Shown here: one piece after another, positions 51,550 through 64,000 of the stretch | Layout of the letters: every line of letters starts with the position of its first letter | How positions within the stretch are numbered: position 1 is the stretch's first letter | Origin: Octopus sinensis | Lineage: Eukaryota | Reading direction: 5' to 3' | Length of the DNA stretch: 64,000 nt | Assembly: GCF_006345805.1 (NCBI RefSeq) | Contig: NC_043000.1 | Coordinates: 10,912,001 to 10,976,000 of the forward strand | The notes under the pieces: generated by a model | Seen by the model: the letters and a program-made list of their open reading frames with translations, nothing else | Database searches by the model: none | Told to the model about the DNA's origin: nothing | Translations under genes and position numbers: made by a program

Positions 51550-51965
51550 TTATATCTATCTATCTATATATCTATCTATATCTATCTATCTATATATCTA
51601 TCTATATCTATCTATCTATATATCTATCTATATCTATCTATCTATATCCATCCATCCATAAATCTATCTATCTATCTATCTATCTATTTATATCTATTTA
51701 TATCTATCTATCTATCTATTTATATCTATTTATATCTATCTATCTATCTATCTATTTATATCTATTTATATCTATCTATCTATCTATTTATATCTATTTA
51801 TATCTATCTATCTATCTATTTATATCTATCTATCTATATATCTATCTATTTATATCTATCTATCTATATATCTATCTATATCTATCTATCTATATATCTA
51901 TCTATATCTATCTATCTACATCTATCTATATCCATCCATCCATAAATCTATCTATCTATCTATCC
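51285..51965. repeat. Complex (CTAT)n/(CTATTTATAT)n microsatellite
   Basis: Low-complexity array with higher-order duplication. Confidence 0.95.
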
Positions 51966-52432
51966 ACATACATACATACACTTATATACTCATATACATA
52001 TATATGTATATACATACGTGTGTGTGTGTGTGTGTACATTATGTAGTGTATGATTGATTGATTGATTGATTCTAGTTTCAGCTCATGAGCTGTGGCCATG
52101 CTGGGGCACCGTCATTTAATGATGTGGAATATGATGTGGAATATGTATGAATAATGTGGAATATGTATGAATAATGTTTATATTATGTATATTTTCTGAA
52201 GCTGAAAAAAAAACTCTATGAGTTTTTTTCTTAATAGTTGCTTAGAGAAATGTCTCATTTTTTTTAAACGCATGCATATACAAATATAACCAGTACTTTT
52301 TAGTACGTAAAAATATTTGCATTTGAAATGTATAAATATATTTTGTTTTAATTAAATTACATTTTTATTCTAAATGAATTAAAACTTGCAGGGTGAAGGG
52401 TTGATAACTCATACTAAATAGTTTTGATACAT

Positions 52433-55380
52433 CAGTGTTTCCCAAACTTTTCGCACCAAATTGCAATATCGCCCACCTTTCGGCCTAAAATGCTCCATCT
52501 CCCATCTATGTAAAAAAAAACCTCCCCAAGACAAAATCTCCTAGGACCCCACCCTGTATCATTTGACACACACTATATCATAGACTCGTTACTACCGTTT
52601 AGACTAAATATGCGGTTGTTTACAAATCCCTCATTGTGGGTTTAGTTTTGCCATTAGTGTGAATAAAATTCTAACGTTAGCTCTATGTTATGCAGACAGA
52701 TTAACTTTTGAAACTTGCGCTTTCTTTTACACCGATTTTCATTTTCCCCAAATGAACCATTGATCAGAACTACCAATGCAAAAATAATTAATGATTGCAT
52801 TATAAAGGAAAAGAATAAAACTTTTTAATGAGAGCCATGTGTCTGGTGCGATGCAGCTAGTGCAGAGACATTCGGTTTCAAACTTGTCGACTTTAGCCGC
52901 AAGTCTCCTCGTTGTATCACATCCAGTCCAATTCTTTTATGGGAAAGTAAAGTTCCAACATGGCTAAAACTAGATTCAACCAGGTATGAGGTGGGGAAGG
53001 CAAGCAAAAGTAATTTCAGATGTTTCCACAGACAGGGGTAGGAATTCAGTAGTCTCTGATGGTACCACAAACCTTCTTTGCCATTACGGCGATATCGCAT
53101 TGTGGCGTCATTGCCATTTTGTAATTCTATCAATTCCTTCTGAACGTCATCTTCGCAATCGACTGCATCGACCTCAAACGGATTGCTATACCAATTTGGA
53201 ATGTTCAGCGCAATAACATCTTGAAATCGCTCGACCATGTTATCGTGCAATGATTGTTAATAGTTGCGAGATGTAGTTAAATCCTCATCAATCAATTCAT
53301 CTTTCAAAGAATCAAGTTGTGGAAATTGATGGAATTGACGTTTTGAAATGTTAGTCTTATAGAACACCAATTTCGAAATGAAGGTGGTGATAAATGATTT
53401 ACAATCAATGAGAGTTTTTCTGTTTCCTTGCAATAACTTATTCAAATCATTTAATTTTCTGAATATATCACAAAGAAAAATATATCGCACCTTGCAGCCA
53501 TTAATGAAGCGGATAGTTCAACAAAGTATAAAACACAGTTGCCTTTTGACCGCACTTCGGTAGAGTATAAGAGTTTAGTATGGTCCTCATCATTTCTCAG
53601 ACAGAGTTGATGGAAAATTCGATCAGACAAGGGACTGGACTTCAATTTGTTCACAGTCTTGATAACTAACTGAAGCACATCATTCAATCTATCGTTCATA
53701 TTTTTTCCCACTAAATGTTGCTGGTGTGCCAAGCAATGAACAGTTAGTCTCTGGTGGGAAATTTCACGCTTTAGGAGAGATGAAAAACCTCTGTATCTTC
53801 CTATCACCGAAGAAGCTCCAAGAAGCACAGGCAAGAATATTACTGAGTGGGATATTATGTTCAAAACGGAAAGACTTGAGAGTGTGGAAAATAGTCGCAC
53901 CTTTTGAATCAAGTGGCAATTTCTCTGTGACTAGCGTTTCCTCACAAAGCTGAAGGTCTTCGCTGAAATACCCAACATATACCATTATCAAACATTAATT
54001 GTCCACAACAGTTGACTGATCCACTTGTATAGAAAATTTAGAAATGATGGAGAATATTAATGAACATCGTTGACATCGTTGGCCATTGCATCGATGCATC
54101 GAGAAATTGTGTTATTACTAAGTGGGATCTTCTTCATAATGTTATTGCGTTTTTCGTGCATAACGGTTGACAAAACCTCTTCGATAACTAGGCGAAGTAA
54201 TGTTTCCAGAATTGTGTGAGACTTACAGGACTTAGCAACAAGCAAGGCAATCAACCCGCCATTCTCCCGTTTACTAGTTTCCTGGAGTAGAATACTTGTA
54301 TTTGTTTTTTGAAAGAGGAGCTCAGTTACAAAAAGTATGATAACGGCTTGTCCTTCTTGTTAGAATCCTTTGCATCAAAGTGAAACTTCAAGCGTGAAGG
54401 TTTCATTGCTTCGTTGGTCAATGTTTGATGGCAAAGAAGGCACATTGGTAACAGAGTTCTGAGGAGAGGGAATAAATCCGAACGATAAATAATCACTACT
54501 GTACTGTCAACAAATTTTCTTGACTGGAGTCCTCAGTAAAGTGAAAATGTGAAGACGAATTTCTACAGACGGCGTCAGAAAGACAGTATGGTATTCCCAA
54601 AGAGAAGAAGAATAGAGCAGAGTCAGATGACAAGTCTTTACTGGAGCAAATACTGATCTAGTTCGTTTGGCTACCAGCATTAAAAAATTTAGAGTTTGTC
54701 GAAAATTTTAAAATTTGGCACATTAATGTACCTTTCCAAGTTAAATAGCTGGTGTTATTCAACTTTTTCCAGAAAAATGTTTCAAAAAAGTTATAGAGGT
54801 TTAAAGTTTGATCATTTTCACCCAGTCATGAAACACGATTTCAAAGCTGTCATTTTGTGCGTGCCTGCACATTTTGTCAACCTGAAAATAGCACTTGTGA
54901 TTTGATATGAACCCCCAGAATTACGCACGACATATAATCGCTCATACCTTTTTTTTCATTTTTCAGAATTTTCAGAAAATTTTTGCGAATTTGAATTCTA
55001 TACGCAGGACTTCATACAATTATTCCCCCCCCCCAAAAAAAAAACATTGTGGTGGAGTGGTTTGAGGCCTAGGCTTATTTGGCTGCTATTTTTAGCACAC
55101 ATGACAACCGTCTCAATGACTGCGATAAAATTATTCGATCGATAAACAAGTCTGCTTTTTTAATAGAAAGGGGTGTCTCATGCGAGTTGTGAAATCGATG
55201 AAAGTGCATCCTTATTCTAGGCATGCATAGATATTAGTAAATGCAGACTTCATTTCTAAAAATTCATTGTCACCCATAAAATGTTCATATCGCCCACCAA
55301 AATCTCAAATCGCCCACCTTTTTCTAGAAATTCGCCCATCGCCCATCGCCCACCTGTATGGTGAAATCGCCCACAAGCCA
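52433..55380 (-). mobile_element. hAT (Buster/Charlie-type) transposon, degenerate
   Basis: Transposase remnants 52825-54530: IALLVAKSCKSHTILETL..IPLSNNTISRCI, HCLAHQQHL, LLLAFPTSYLVESSFSHV, RGDLRL. Terminus CAGTGTTTCCCAAAC at 52433 after TGATACAT (NNNTANNN). ATCGCCCACC subterminal repeats at both ends. The other TIR was not found. Confidence 0.9.
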
Positions 55381-55550
55381 TTCACTAACATATATTTTGA
55401 CATATTTTAGCAGCATAAAATGATTAAGTTTTATTTTTCACTTTTGGAACTGCACAGATATAGTTGAATTTCCGACCATATGTTTTTGCTGCTGTAGCCC
55501 TGGGCTAACCAAATTCTTGTGACTGATTTTAGGTGAGAGAGACTCATCGC

Positions 55551-56340
55551 ACGAGGGGGTACCTAAAATAAACCAGAATTTGCAATATTATCTTATTTAT
55601 TTAGCTTTTACATGTTTGCGCTTCTATCGCCTTCAAAGTATTCTCCGTTTGAAGCTGTGCGTCGGTCCAGACACGTTTTCCACTGTTCGAAGAAGCGCTG
55701 GAACGCTTGCAAAGTGATGTCTTCCTTCGTTTTTTCTTCACCTCTTCCACATCTGCAAATTCCGTAGCACCAAGCTTTTGTCACCAGTGACGACCTTCGA
55801 AAACAAGAGTCCCGATCAATTTCTGACTGTTCTTTCAGTTCACAACACGCATTTAGTCGTGATTGCTTTTGATCTTCCGTAAGCGAGGCACAAATTTTGC
55901 TGGCACTCTTTTCATTCGCAATTCCTCGCTGAAAATTCGTTGGCACGAGCTCCAGGACAGACCAGTTATATCAACTTATTCGGTGATGGTCCTCCAAGAT
56001 TATTTCATGAGGTTTTCATTCGTTTAGGAGGTCGACGAATGCCCTGAACGAGGTAGGTGTTCAAGCGACAAGTGACCATTCCTAAAGCGTAGAAACCACT
56101 CGTAAACTTGTGTTTTGCTCATGACAGCATCCTTATAAGCTGTTTGAAACCTATCAACTGTTTCGGCCACTGTTTTCCGGTGAAAATAAAGAATACGTAC
56201 ACCCGATGGTTAGGGTTAGGGTTTTTGTTACGCCGAAAACGACTTTGTACGTACTTTTTTTTTTTTTACCTCCATCCGTTTTCCCCAGCAGAAAACAAAA
56301 TTTCACGGAAGCACGCTGTTCTTTCGTTTCAGCCATCGCA
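55551..56340 (-). mobile_element. Internally deleted mariner
   Basis: MAETKEQRASVKFCFLLGK, LTEDQKQSR and FEQWKTCLDRRTASNGEYFEGD; ACGAGGG terminus. Confidence 0.85.
56179..56270. mobile_element. ~92-bp MITE-like insert carrying TTAGGG repeats, nested in the mariner
   Basis: Imperfect TIR GGTGAAAATAAAGAATACGTACA / TGTACGTACTTTTTTTTTTTTTACC, with internal GGTTAGGGTTAGGGTT. Confidence 0.6.
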
Positions 56341-56849
56341 AATATATATATATATTATCTTTTATTTATTTCAGTCATTAGACTGCGGCTATGCTGGAGC
56401 AGCACCTTGAAGAATTTTAGTAGCACGAATCAACCCCAGTACTTTTTATAGCCTGATACTTAATCTGTCTCTTTTGCCAAAACTGTTGAGTTATGGGGAT
56501 GTAAACACACCAACACTGGTCGTCAAGCAATGGTGAGAGACACAAACACACACACCACACACACACACACACACACATACACACGACGGGTTTCTTTCAG
56601 TTTCCACCTACCAAATCCACTCACAAGGCTGAAGAAGACACTTGCCCAAGGTGCCATAAAGTGGGGCTGAACCATAGTTTCCATCAGCCAAATTCACTTA
56701 CAAGGCATTGGTCAGCCTGGGGCTATAGTAGAAGACACTTATGTGCTCATTTGAGGAAGGAAAAATTATGAAAGAAGAGAAATATGTCAAAGTATGCTGA
56801 ACTTCATAACACAAATTTGTTTAAGATTTTTGTTAAAATTTTTTTATAT

Positions 56850-57260
56850 AGGCATATGAGTGGCTGTGTGGTAAGTTGCTTGCTTACGAACCACATGGTT
56901 CCGGGTTCAGTCCCACTGCATGACACCTTGGGAAAGTGTCTTCTACTATAGCCTTGGGCCGACCAAAGCCTTGTGAGTGGATTTGGTAGGCAGAAACTGA
57001 AAGAAGCCCATCATATATATGTATATATATATATATATATGTGTATGTGTGTATATGTTTGAGTGTCTGTGTTTGTCCCCCAAACATCGCTTGACAACCG
57101 AAGCTGGTGTACTTATGTCCTCATAACTTAGCGGTTCGGCAAAAGAGACCGATAGAATAAGTACTAGGCTTACAAAGAATAAGTCCTGGGGTCGATTTGA
57201 TTCGACTAAAGGCAGTGCTCCAGCATGGCCACAGTCAAATGACTGAAACGAGTAAAAGAG
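56850..57260 (+). mobile_element. SINE family B, full length
   Basis: All domains present. Confidence 0.9.
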
Positions 57261-57747
57261 TATGGAAATAAGATGAAATTCACGGCAAAAACGTCCCTTG
57301 TACCTGTCCTGATATACTTGTGGCGGCACAAGCAGTCAGCGCCATAATGGGAACCTTGCCTCCCATCATATACTCTTTGTTCATTTGTCATATGATTTAT
57401 TTTTTTGCTTTCTGCTTTGTTTCATTCATATGCAAAAAAAAAAAAAAGGAAGTAAAGGAAATTGATTTAAATTAGAACATGTAAATCCTGAAAAACAAGC
57501 CATAGTAAAAATCAATGGGAAAACATCAACAATTGATTAATTTAATGCATTTTTTGTTGTTGCATTTGCTATTAGAAAACTGGGATTTTTTTTATTTATT
57601 TATGTATAATGTCATTATAGAAACTAGACGAAGGCAATGAACTGGCAGAATCACTAGTATTCTGAACAAAATGCTCTTGTCTTGTCTTTTAATATTTTGA
57701 CCAGGAAACCCTGGGTAATAGTATTTCACTAGACTTTTGGTTTTCAT

Positions 57748-57937
57748 AATCATCATCGTTTAACGTCCGTTTTCCGCGCTAGCACGGGTTGGACGGTTCG
57801 ACCGGGGTCTGGGAAGCCAGGGGCTGCACCAGGCTCCAGTCTGATCTGGCAGTGTTTCTACGGCTGGATGCCCTTCTTAACGCCAACCACTCCGCGAGTG
57901 TAGTGGGTGCTTTTTACGTGCCACCTGCACAGGTGCC
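57748..57937 (-). mobile_element. 5'-truncated RTE 3' end
   Basis: Young-looking copy with short (GAT)n tail. Confidence 0.85.
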
Positions 57938-57940
57938 AAG

Positions 57941-57996
57941 AAAAAATTTCCCTTATGGAGATGCCGGGAATCGAACCCGGGGCCTTTCACATGCAA
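57941..57996 (-). pseudogene. 3' half of a tRNA-Ala(UGC) gene with trailer and T6 terminator
   Basis: rc TTGCATGTGAAAGGCCCCGGGTTCGATTCCCGGCATCTCCA-TAAGGGAAATTTTTT matches eukaryotic tRNA-Ala from the anticodon loop to the discriminator. No CCA and no 5' half. Confidence 0.85.
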
Positions 57997-58004
57997 AAAA
58001 TAAT

Positions 58005-58240
58005 ATTTGTTTCTTTATTACCCACAAGGGGCTAAACACAGAGGAGACAAACAAGGACAGACAAACGAATTAAGTCGATTACATCAATCCCAGTGCGTAA
58101 CTGGTACTTAATATATCGACCCCGGAAGGATGAAAGGCAAAGTCGACCTCAGCGGAATTTGAACTCAGAACGTAGCGGCAGACGAAATACGGCTACGCAT
58201 TTCGCCCAGCGTGCTAACGTTTCTGCCAGCTCGCCGCCTT
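58005..58240 (-). mobile_element. SINE family A, full length
   Basis: Intact head and core. Older copies at 58965-59392 and 33682-33822, and a partial one at 47938-48072. Confidence 0.9.
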
Positions 58241-60214
58241 AATAATAATATTGATTTCTTTTATTTGATACCAGGGTGAAGGATAGGTGGGGGGGGGTAT
58301 AAAGTGTAGGGATTTATATATGATGAAATGATAAAATGAAAAGTATACACAGTATACATTAGAAGGGAAGTATACACAGTATATGACACTAGAAAAAGAG
58401 GGGGAAATAAAGTGATAGTGATGGGGTCCCACTGATACAGGAGGACCTCTAGGGATAATCAAGGAACTCTACCACCCAAGATCACCCTGAATACCAACGA
58501 TGAAAGATGCAGAAGCGATATTTGCGTTTTTATGTTTCGTTTCTTTTGTATTGTTGTTGCTGTTGTTGTTCTTGTTGACACTGAAAGTTTTGACGTTGCT
58601 TAGAGACGAAACATTTTTTGCCTTGGTGACGACATTAAGTTTAGGCTATTTGATATTCATATTCTCAATTCTTTCTTCATTCTCAATTTCTCCTGACGAT
58701 AATTACAGTAAATTGCAAAGTATTTGTTTTTGCTGAAAGCAGTTAAAATTCAAAAATTATTGAAGTGCACCCCCTGCAAAACAGTGGTGTATTTCTACAC
58801 AAAAATTCCATCTGCACAATCCAGACAATCTCAGAAATGTAATGGTAAGAATAGTAATGAAAAGACGGGGCCGAAAAGATTACAAACACTTTTTCAACTT
58901 ATGGAACACCAAATTTCTGTGACTTCACAGTATGGCAGCCATAATAATAATAATAATAATAATAATAATCTTTTCTACTGTAGGCACAAGGCCTGAAATT
59001 TAGGGGATGGGATTAAGTTGATTACGTTGACCCCAGTACGTAACTGGTACTTATTTAAATGACACTGAAAGGATGAAAGGTAAAGCTGACCTCAGTGGAA
59101 TTTGAACTCGGAACATTGTGACAAATAAAATACTGCTAAGCATTTTGTTGGTGTGCCAGTGATTCTGCCAGCTCATCACCTTAATAATAATGATTTCAAA
59201 TTTTTCCCTCAGGGGCAGCAGTTTTGGGTGGGTGGATGAGTCGATTACATTGACCCCAGTGTTATTGGCACTGAAAGGATGAAAGGCAAAGTTAACCTCG
59301 GTGGAAATTTGAACTCAGAATGTAGCAACAGACAAAATACCTTTAAGCATTTTGCTTAGCATGCTAACAATTCTGCCAGCTAACCACCTTAATAAATAAT
59401 CTGAAACCCCCTTCGGTCACGACACAGACCATGGGATTGCACCTAGAAAGTTACCCTCCCAGGCACAAGTCTGAGCAAGGTTGTTTATGGAAGAACAGCA
59501 GTTGCCCATGCATACTGGTCTTCCCTCTCCACGCCATCAGTGTTATCCAAGGGAAAGGCAACAGCAGATACAGCTTGGCACCTGTGACATCGCAACTCAT
59601 TTCTACAACTGAGTGAACTGGAGCAACGTGAAATAAAGTGTCTTGCTCAAGAACACAACACGCAGCCCAGTCTGGGATTCGAGCTCACAACCTCACGATT
59701 GTAAGCTGAGCCATGCACGATAATAATAATGTGTGTGTAGTTGTGTGTGAGCTTGTAGTTTCTAATTTTCTTGTATATTCACTGGGTGTAAGCAATGACT
59801 TAACTTTCCATGTAAATAATGCCATTTGCTTGATTGCACTCCATCATGAGATTATGTTGGTATGTTGGTGCTTCTCGACATGACGTGCGATCTTAGTAAA
59901 CAAAAAACTCATTCATACAATGTCATTGCTTTCTAGTTGTCTGTGTAAGCATTTTTGAGCTGTTTGCTGTGTGATAGATAGACTAGAAGAATATTACCTT
60001 GTTTGGAAACAGGTAGTGATTAGTAGCAGGAAGGGCATCAGTGTACAGAAAACTCTTGGGGTATGTATTCTTGTCTGACCCATGAAAACATTGAAAAATA
60101 GATGTTAAAATGATGAGGATGATGATGATATATATCATAACTTAAAGTGGAGGGAAGTTGTGGAAGAAGGAGACCCAGGAAGACATGGGACAAAGTACTG
60201 AAGGTTGATCTCAG

Positions 60215-61070
60215 AATACTACATGGCAGTGAAACATGGGCTGTGACTGCTGAGGATATTCTTAGGCTTGAAAGAAATGAAGCTAGTATGCTCTGCTGGA
60301 TGTGTAATGTCAGTGTGCATACATGACAGAGTGTAAGCGCACTGAGGGAAAAGTTGGACAGAAGAAGCATCAGATGTGGTGTACAAGAGAGACAACTGCG
60401 TTGGTATGGTCATGTGATGCATATGGACGAGGACAGCTGTGTGAAGAAGTATTACACTCTAGCCTGTAGAAGAGGTAGACCCAGGAAGACATGGGATGAG
60501 GTGGTGAAGCATGACCATCAAAAGTTGGGCCTCACAAAGGCAATGACAGGCGACTGAGACGTTTGGTGATATGCCATGCTTGAGAAGGCCCATCAAACCA
60601 AGTGAGATCGTGGTCGTGGTTGGTGCCAGTGTTGCATAACACCGGCCTGTTTAAAAGCACTCTTCAATCATTGGGCAATATGCTGTGCTTGTGAAAACCT
60701 GTTGAACTGAATGAAATCATAGTTGTGGCTGATGCCAGTGTGGCCTGGCTGGTGGCATATAAAAGCACCATTCGAGTGTGGTCAATGCCAGTGCTGCCTG
60801 ACTGGCACCTGTGCTGATGGCATGTAAAAAGCACCATTTGAGTGTGGCTGATGCCAGTGCTGCCTGACTGGCTCTCATGCTGGTGGTATGTAAAAGCACC
60901 TACCACACTCTTGGAGTGGTTGGCATTAGGAAGGGCATTCAGCTGTAGAAACCTTGCCATATCAGATTGGAGCCTGGTGCAACCTTCTGGCTTGCTCATT
61001 CTCAGTCAAACCGTCCAACCCATGCCAACATGGAAAGAAGATGTTAAACGACAACGACGATGATGATGAG
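60215..61070 (+). mobile_element. RTE-clade LINE: ORF2 C-terminus + 3' UTR + (GAT)n tail
   Basis: LHGSETWAV...RSIRCGVQERQLRWYGHVMHM...RRGRPRKTW followed by the 3' UTR shared by the many short copies, which identifies them as truncated RTE ends. Confidence 0.9.
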
Positions 61071-61455
61071 TTATGTGGTGCATTGCTGTACTCGAGAAAA
61101 CCTGCTCATCACAACATAATCGAGATCCTAAAACCAAGGTTCCTTGTAAAAAGCATTGGTGTGAGTGCCGTGTAAAAAGCACTTAGTATATTCTGTAAAG
61201 TGGTTGGCATTAGGAAGGGCATCCAACCATAGAAACCAAGTCAAAACAGACTATGGATTCCTGGTGTGACTCCTGTCCTTGCTACTTCCTGTTAAACCAT
61301 CCAACCTATACTAGCATTGAAAGTGTTACTTTACATAAGATTTCAATTTCCCATGTATCCTTTCCTAATTTAAAGTTGGAGAGTGTGAGCTTAGTGAAAT
61401 TTGACTACTATACTGTGCAAGGATGATAATCTCATAGTTAGTATATCAGAAGCTT

Positions 61456-61689
61456 AAGGTGGCGAACTGGCAGAAATGTTAACACGCCGGGCAAAATGCT
61501 TAGCAGTATTTCGTCTGCCGTTATGTTCTGAGTTCAAATTCCGCCAAGGTCGAGTTTGCTTTTCATCCTTTCAGGGTCGATTAAATAAGTACCAGTTACG
61601 CACTGGGGTCGATGTAATCGACTTAATCTGTTTGTCTGTCCTTGTTTGTCCCCTCTGTGTTTAGCCCCCTTGTGGGTAATAAAGAAATA
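61456..61689 (+). mobile_element. SINE family A monomer
   Basis: 12-bp TSD AGTATATCAGAA (61440-61451, 61690-61701). Confidence 0.9.
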
Positions 61690-63043
61690 AGTATATCAGA
61701 AACTATACAATATCATCTTTTAGTGAAGTTGGCATTTAAGATGGCAGGATGTAATTTATGAGAATTTTTGTTTTTCTTCAGTGGACTGGGCAACCTTGTA
61801 TGAGGTCATTATCGAATAATATTGTCAATGAACAGTTCTTTTTCCTACCACTCTGTCTTACATTTTTTACGTTCATGTGTTCAAAGTAGGCTGCTAAACT
61901 AACAGGTTAGTTTCTTTTGTAAAAATCAATGAAATGGTCGCTTTTACAATATAGTCTACTGATTGACTTACCTGGAGAGGATTATTGAAGGGCAAGACTT
62001 TCTGTCACATGTATACATATTGTTGTATAATATACATTAGTATTGATTATGTTGTCATTGTGTATTGTCAGTTAACACACAACATCTAATAACTTTTACT
62101 TGTTGAATCTGTGGAAATATAAAAGGGAATATGATTTAATCCTCTTCCCTATAAAACCACTATGAAGTGTAGATAATTATATTTAACATCTATTAGTATA
62201 CAGATACATAAATGCAGTTTTAATTGCAGATCACATTTTCAGTTTAAGGTTTCTTTTTTTTTCTTTGTACTCAACAAAACAATGAACCCTAAAAATCTAA
62301 TTAAATCAATAAAAGATAATTTTAATTAATTTTATAGAAATTTAATTTGATTCTATTTACTTAACCCTTTCGTTACTGTATTTATTTTGAGATGCTCTGT
62401 GTTTCTCTCAATTACTTTAAATATAACAAAGAATTTAGTAAAATAACAGTCAATCTTTCCTTTTCTGGGGAAGGTAGCCATTTATGCATGATTTTGATGT
62501 CACATTCATTGAAAGCATGGAAAATAACCAAGACAGGAGAAAAAACCCCATGAAACAAAACTCTGCTGCTGGGAAACTCAGACTTTCCTTTTGACATATA
62601 AATAATTTAAAAAGGGAAAAAAAACAAAAAACTCCTCAACGACGTTTTTTGGCAAAAAATCGCCCAAACCTGTCCTGATCAAGTGGCCTATCTATCCAAG
62701 AAGGTATGCTCTGACATGGAATAAATAAAAATTTATATAAGACATTCTATTGCAAAAATTGCCTGGCAACGACAGGTTATTCAGCTAGTAAAAAATGAAA
62801 GTAAAAGAAAAAGCAGCTTGAAAAGTGATACTGAAGATTTTCTACTGTTAACATATATTTTTGTCAACATTTTGTGGCCATACTGGGGCACTGCCTTCAA
62901 GAGATGTTCATTTCAGCAACAGTACTTATTTCACTTTGGTACATAGTGGTTCAACAAAAAGTGATTAATAAAATAAATCATGGGACATGAAGGCATACTG
63001 TATATACACCAATTTTTAGAGCTGTGTAAACATAAACATTAAA

Positions 63044-63196
<153 letters not shown>

Positions 63197-63712
63197 CTAT
63201 GGGCTTCTGTACACTTTCCAGTTACTAAATTCCACTCAGAGTAGAGGACGAAACAAGGCTAAATAAGAAATTTGCGCAAGGTGCAACTCCATAGGATCGA
63301 ACCCAAAACTGTGTGGTTACAAAGTAAAATTTTTAACTACATAGCTATACCTGCATCTAGATAATAAAATTCATATTCTTGTACAATGGTGGGGAGGAGC
63401 CATGTATTTCTCTATAGCAAGACAGCCCTGCTTGTCCTTTTATCATACTTATCACAACACCTGGCAATAAAGCTATCTCAAATGCACAACTGAAGTAGCT
63501 GCTTTTCTCTTCAAAGTCACTTGGTGACCTCATGCTCATGAGTGCCCATTGGATGAAAGAATATCAGTCAGTACATGTTATAAAGTGGTTGGCATCAGGA
63601 CGGCCATAGAAATCATCCCAAAGTTGACCCTGGAGTTTGACATAGTCTTGCAGCTCATTGGATCCTGTCTCAAAACATTGCAGCTCATGCCAGCATAGTA
63701 AAGAGACATTAA

Positions 63713-63932
63713 CCCTTTCATTACTGTATTTATTTTGAAATGCTCTCTGTTTCTTTCAGTTACTTTAAATATAACAAACAATTTAGTCAGATAATTTAGT
63801 TATCATTCAGCTAGTGTTAGGAACATAAATTATGACTAAGGTTTGGTGGAAGATTTTAATTCAAAACTTATGAAAACAAGACATTTGTACACAGAGCGAG
63901 GGCCAATTTCAGCTGGGTTGGTAACGAAAGGG
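63713..63932. mobile_element. piggyBac-like MITE
   Basis: TTAA-CCCTTTCATTAC...GTAACGAAAGGG-TTAA. A truncated copy starts at 62365. Confidence 0.85.
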
Positions 63933-64000
63933 TTAATGATGATGATGATGGATATTAAAAATTTCAACAAAATAAACAAAAGTCCATGACTTCAATTCAG

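Noticed and set aside
51227-52046. Long YLSI/IYIY ORFs, and similar CVCV/HTHT ORFs at 19.8-20.9 kb and elsewhere
   Set aside because: Stop-free translations of microsatellites.
61972-62001. 30-nt minus-strand microexon candidate (KVLPFNNPLQ) with GTAAGT donor
   Set aside because: No pyrimidine tract and no linked exons.
63351-63411. Minus-strand exon candidate RNTWLLPTIVQEYEFYYLDA
   Set aside because: The donor derives from a decayed SINE B head and the acceptor is weak.

Overview
Eukaryotic, AT-rich, repeat-saturated DNA, most likely from an octopus (coleoid cephalopod). That assignment is inferred from the tRNA-derived SINE families and the very high microsatellite density. Almost all ORFs in the supplied track are microsatellite or repeat artefacts. 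Host-gene signal is sparse: a minus-strand coding exon for a single-pass membrane protein (SMIM29-like, 2809-3045), a probable plus-strand first exon encoding a mitochondrial-type presequence (46834-46894), and CpG-rich promoter-like islands near 18.1, 38.6, 41.6 and 46.8 kb. The rest is mobile DNA: three SINE families, RTE, Tx1/L1 and Penelope-like (PLE) retroelements, three mariners, a Buster-type hAT, Helitrons, piggyBac-like MITEs and a solo LTR. The best leads are: (1) type I hammerhead ribozymes in PLE termini, including a CCGACGA (U4C) core variant, with inversion junctions that coincide with the ribozyme; (2) a ~95-nt candidate Pol III RNA with vault-RNA-like box spacing just upstream of the 46.8 kb gene start; (3) a 994-bp insert flanked by a 17-bp direct repeat that joins a SINE dimer to a diverged copy of a nearby promoter island; (4) a co-oriented SINE / pre-tRNA-Ala 3' half / RTE chimera. 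Repeat boundaries are approximate unless TSDs or termini are quoted. No database search was possible.
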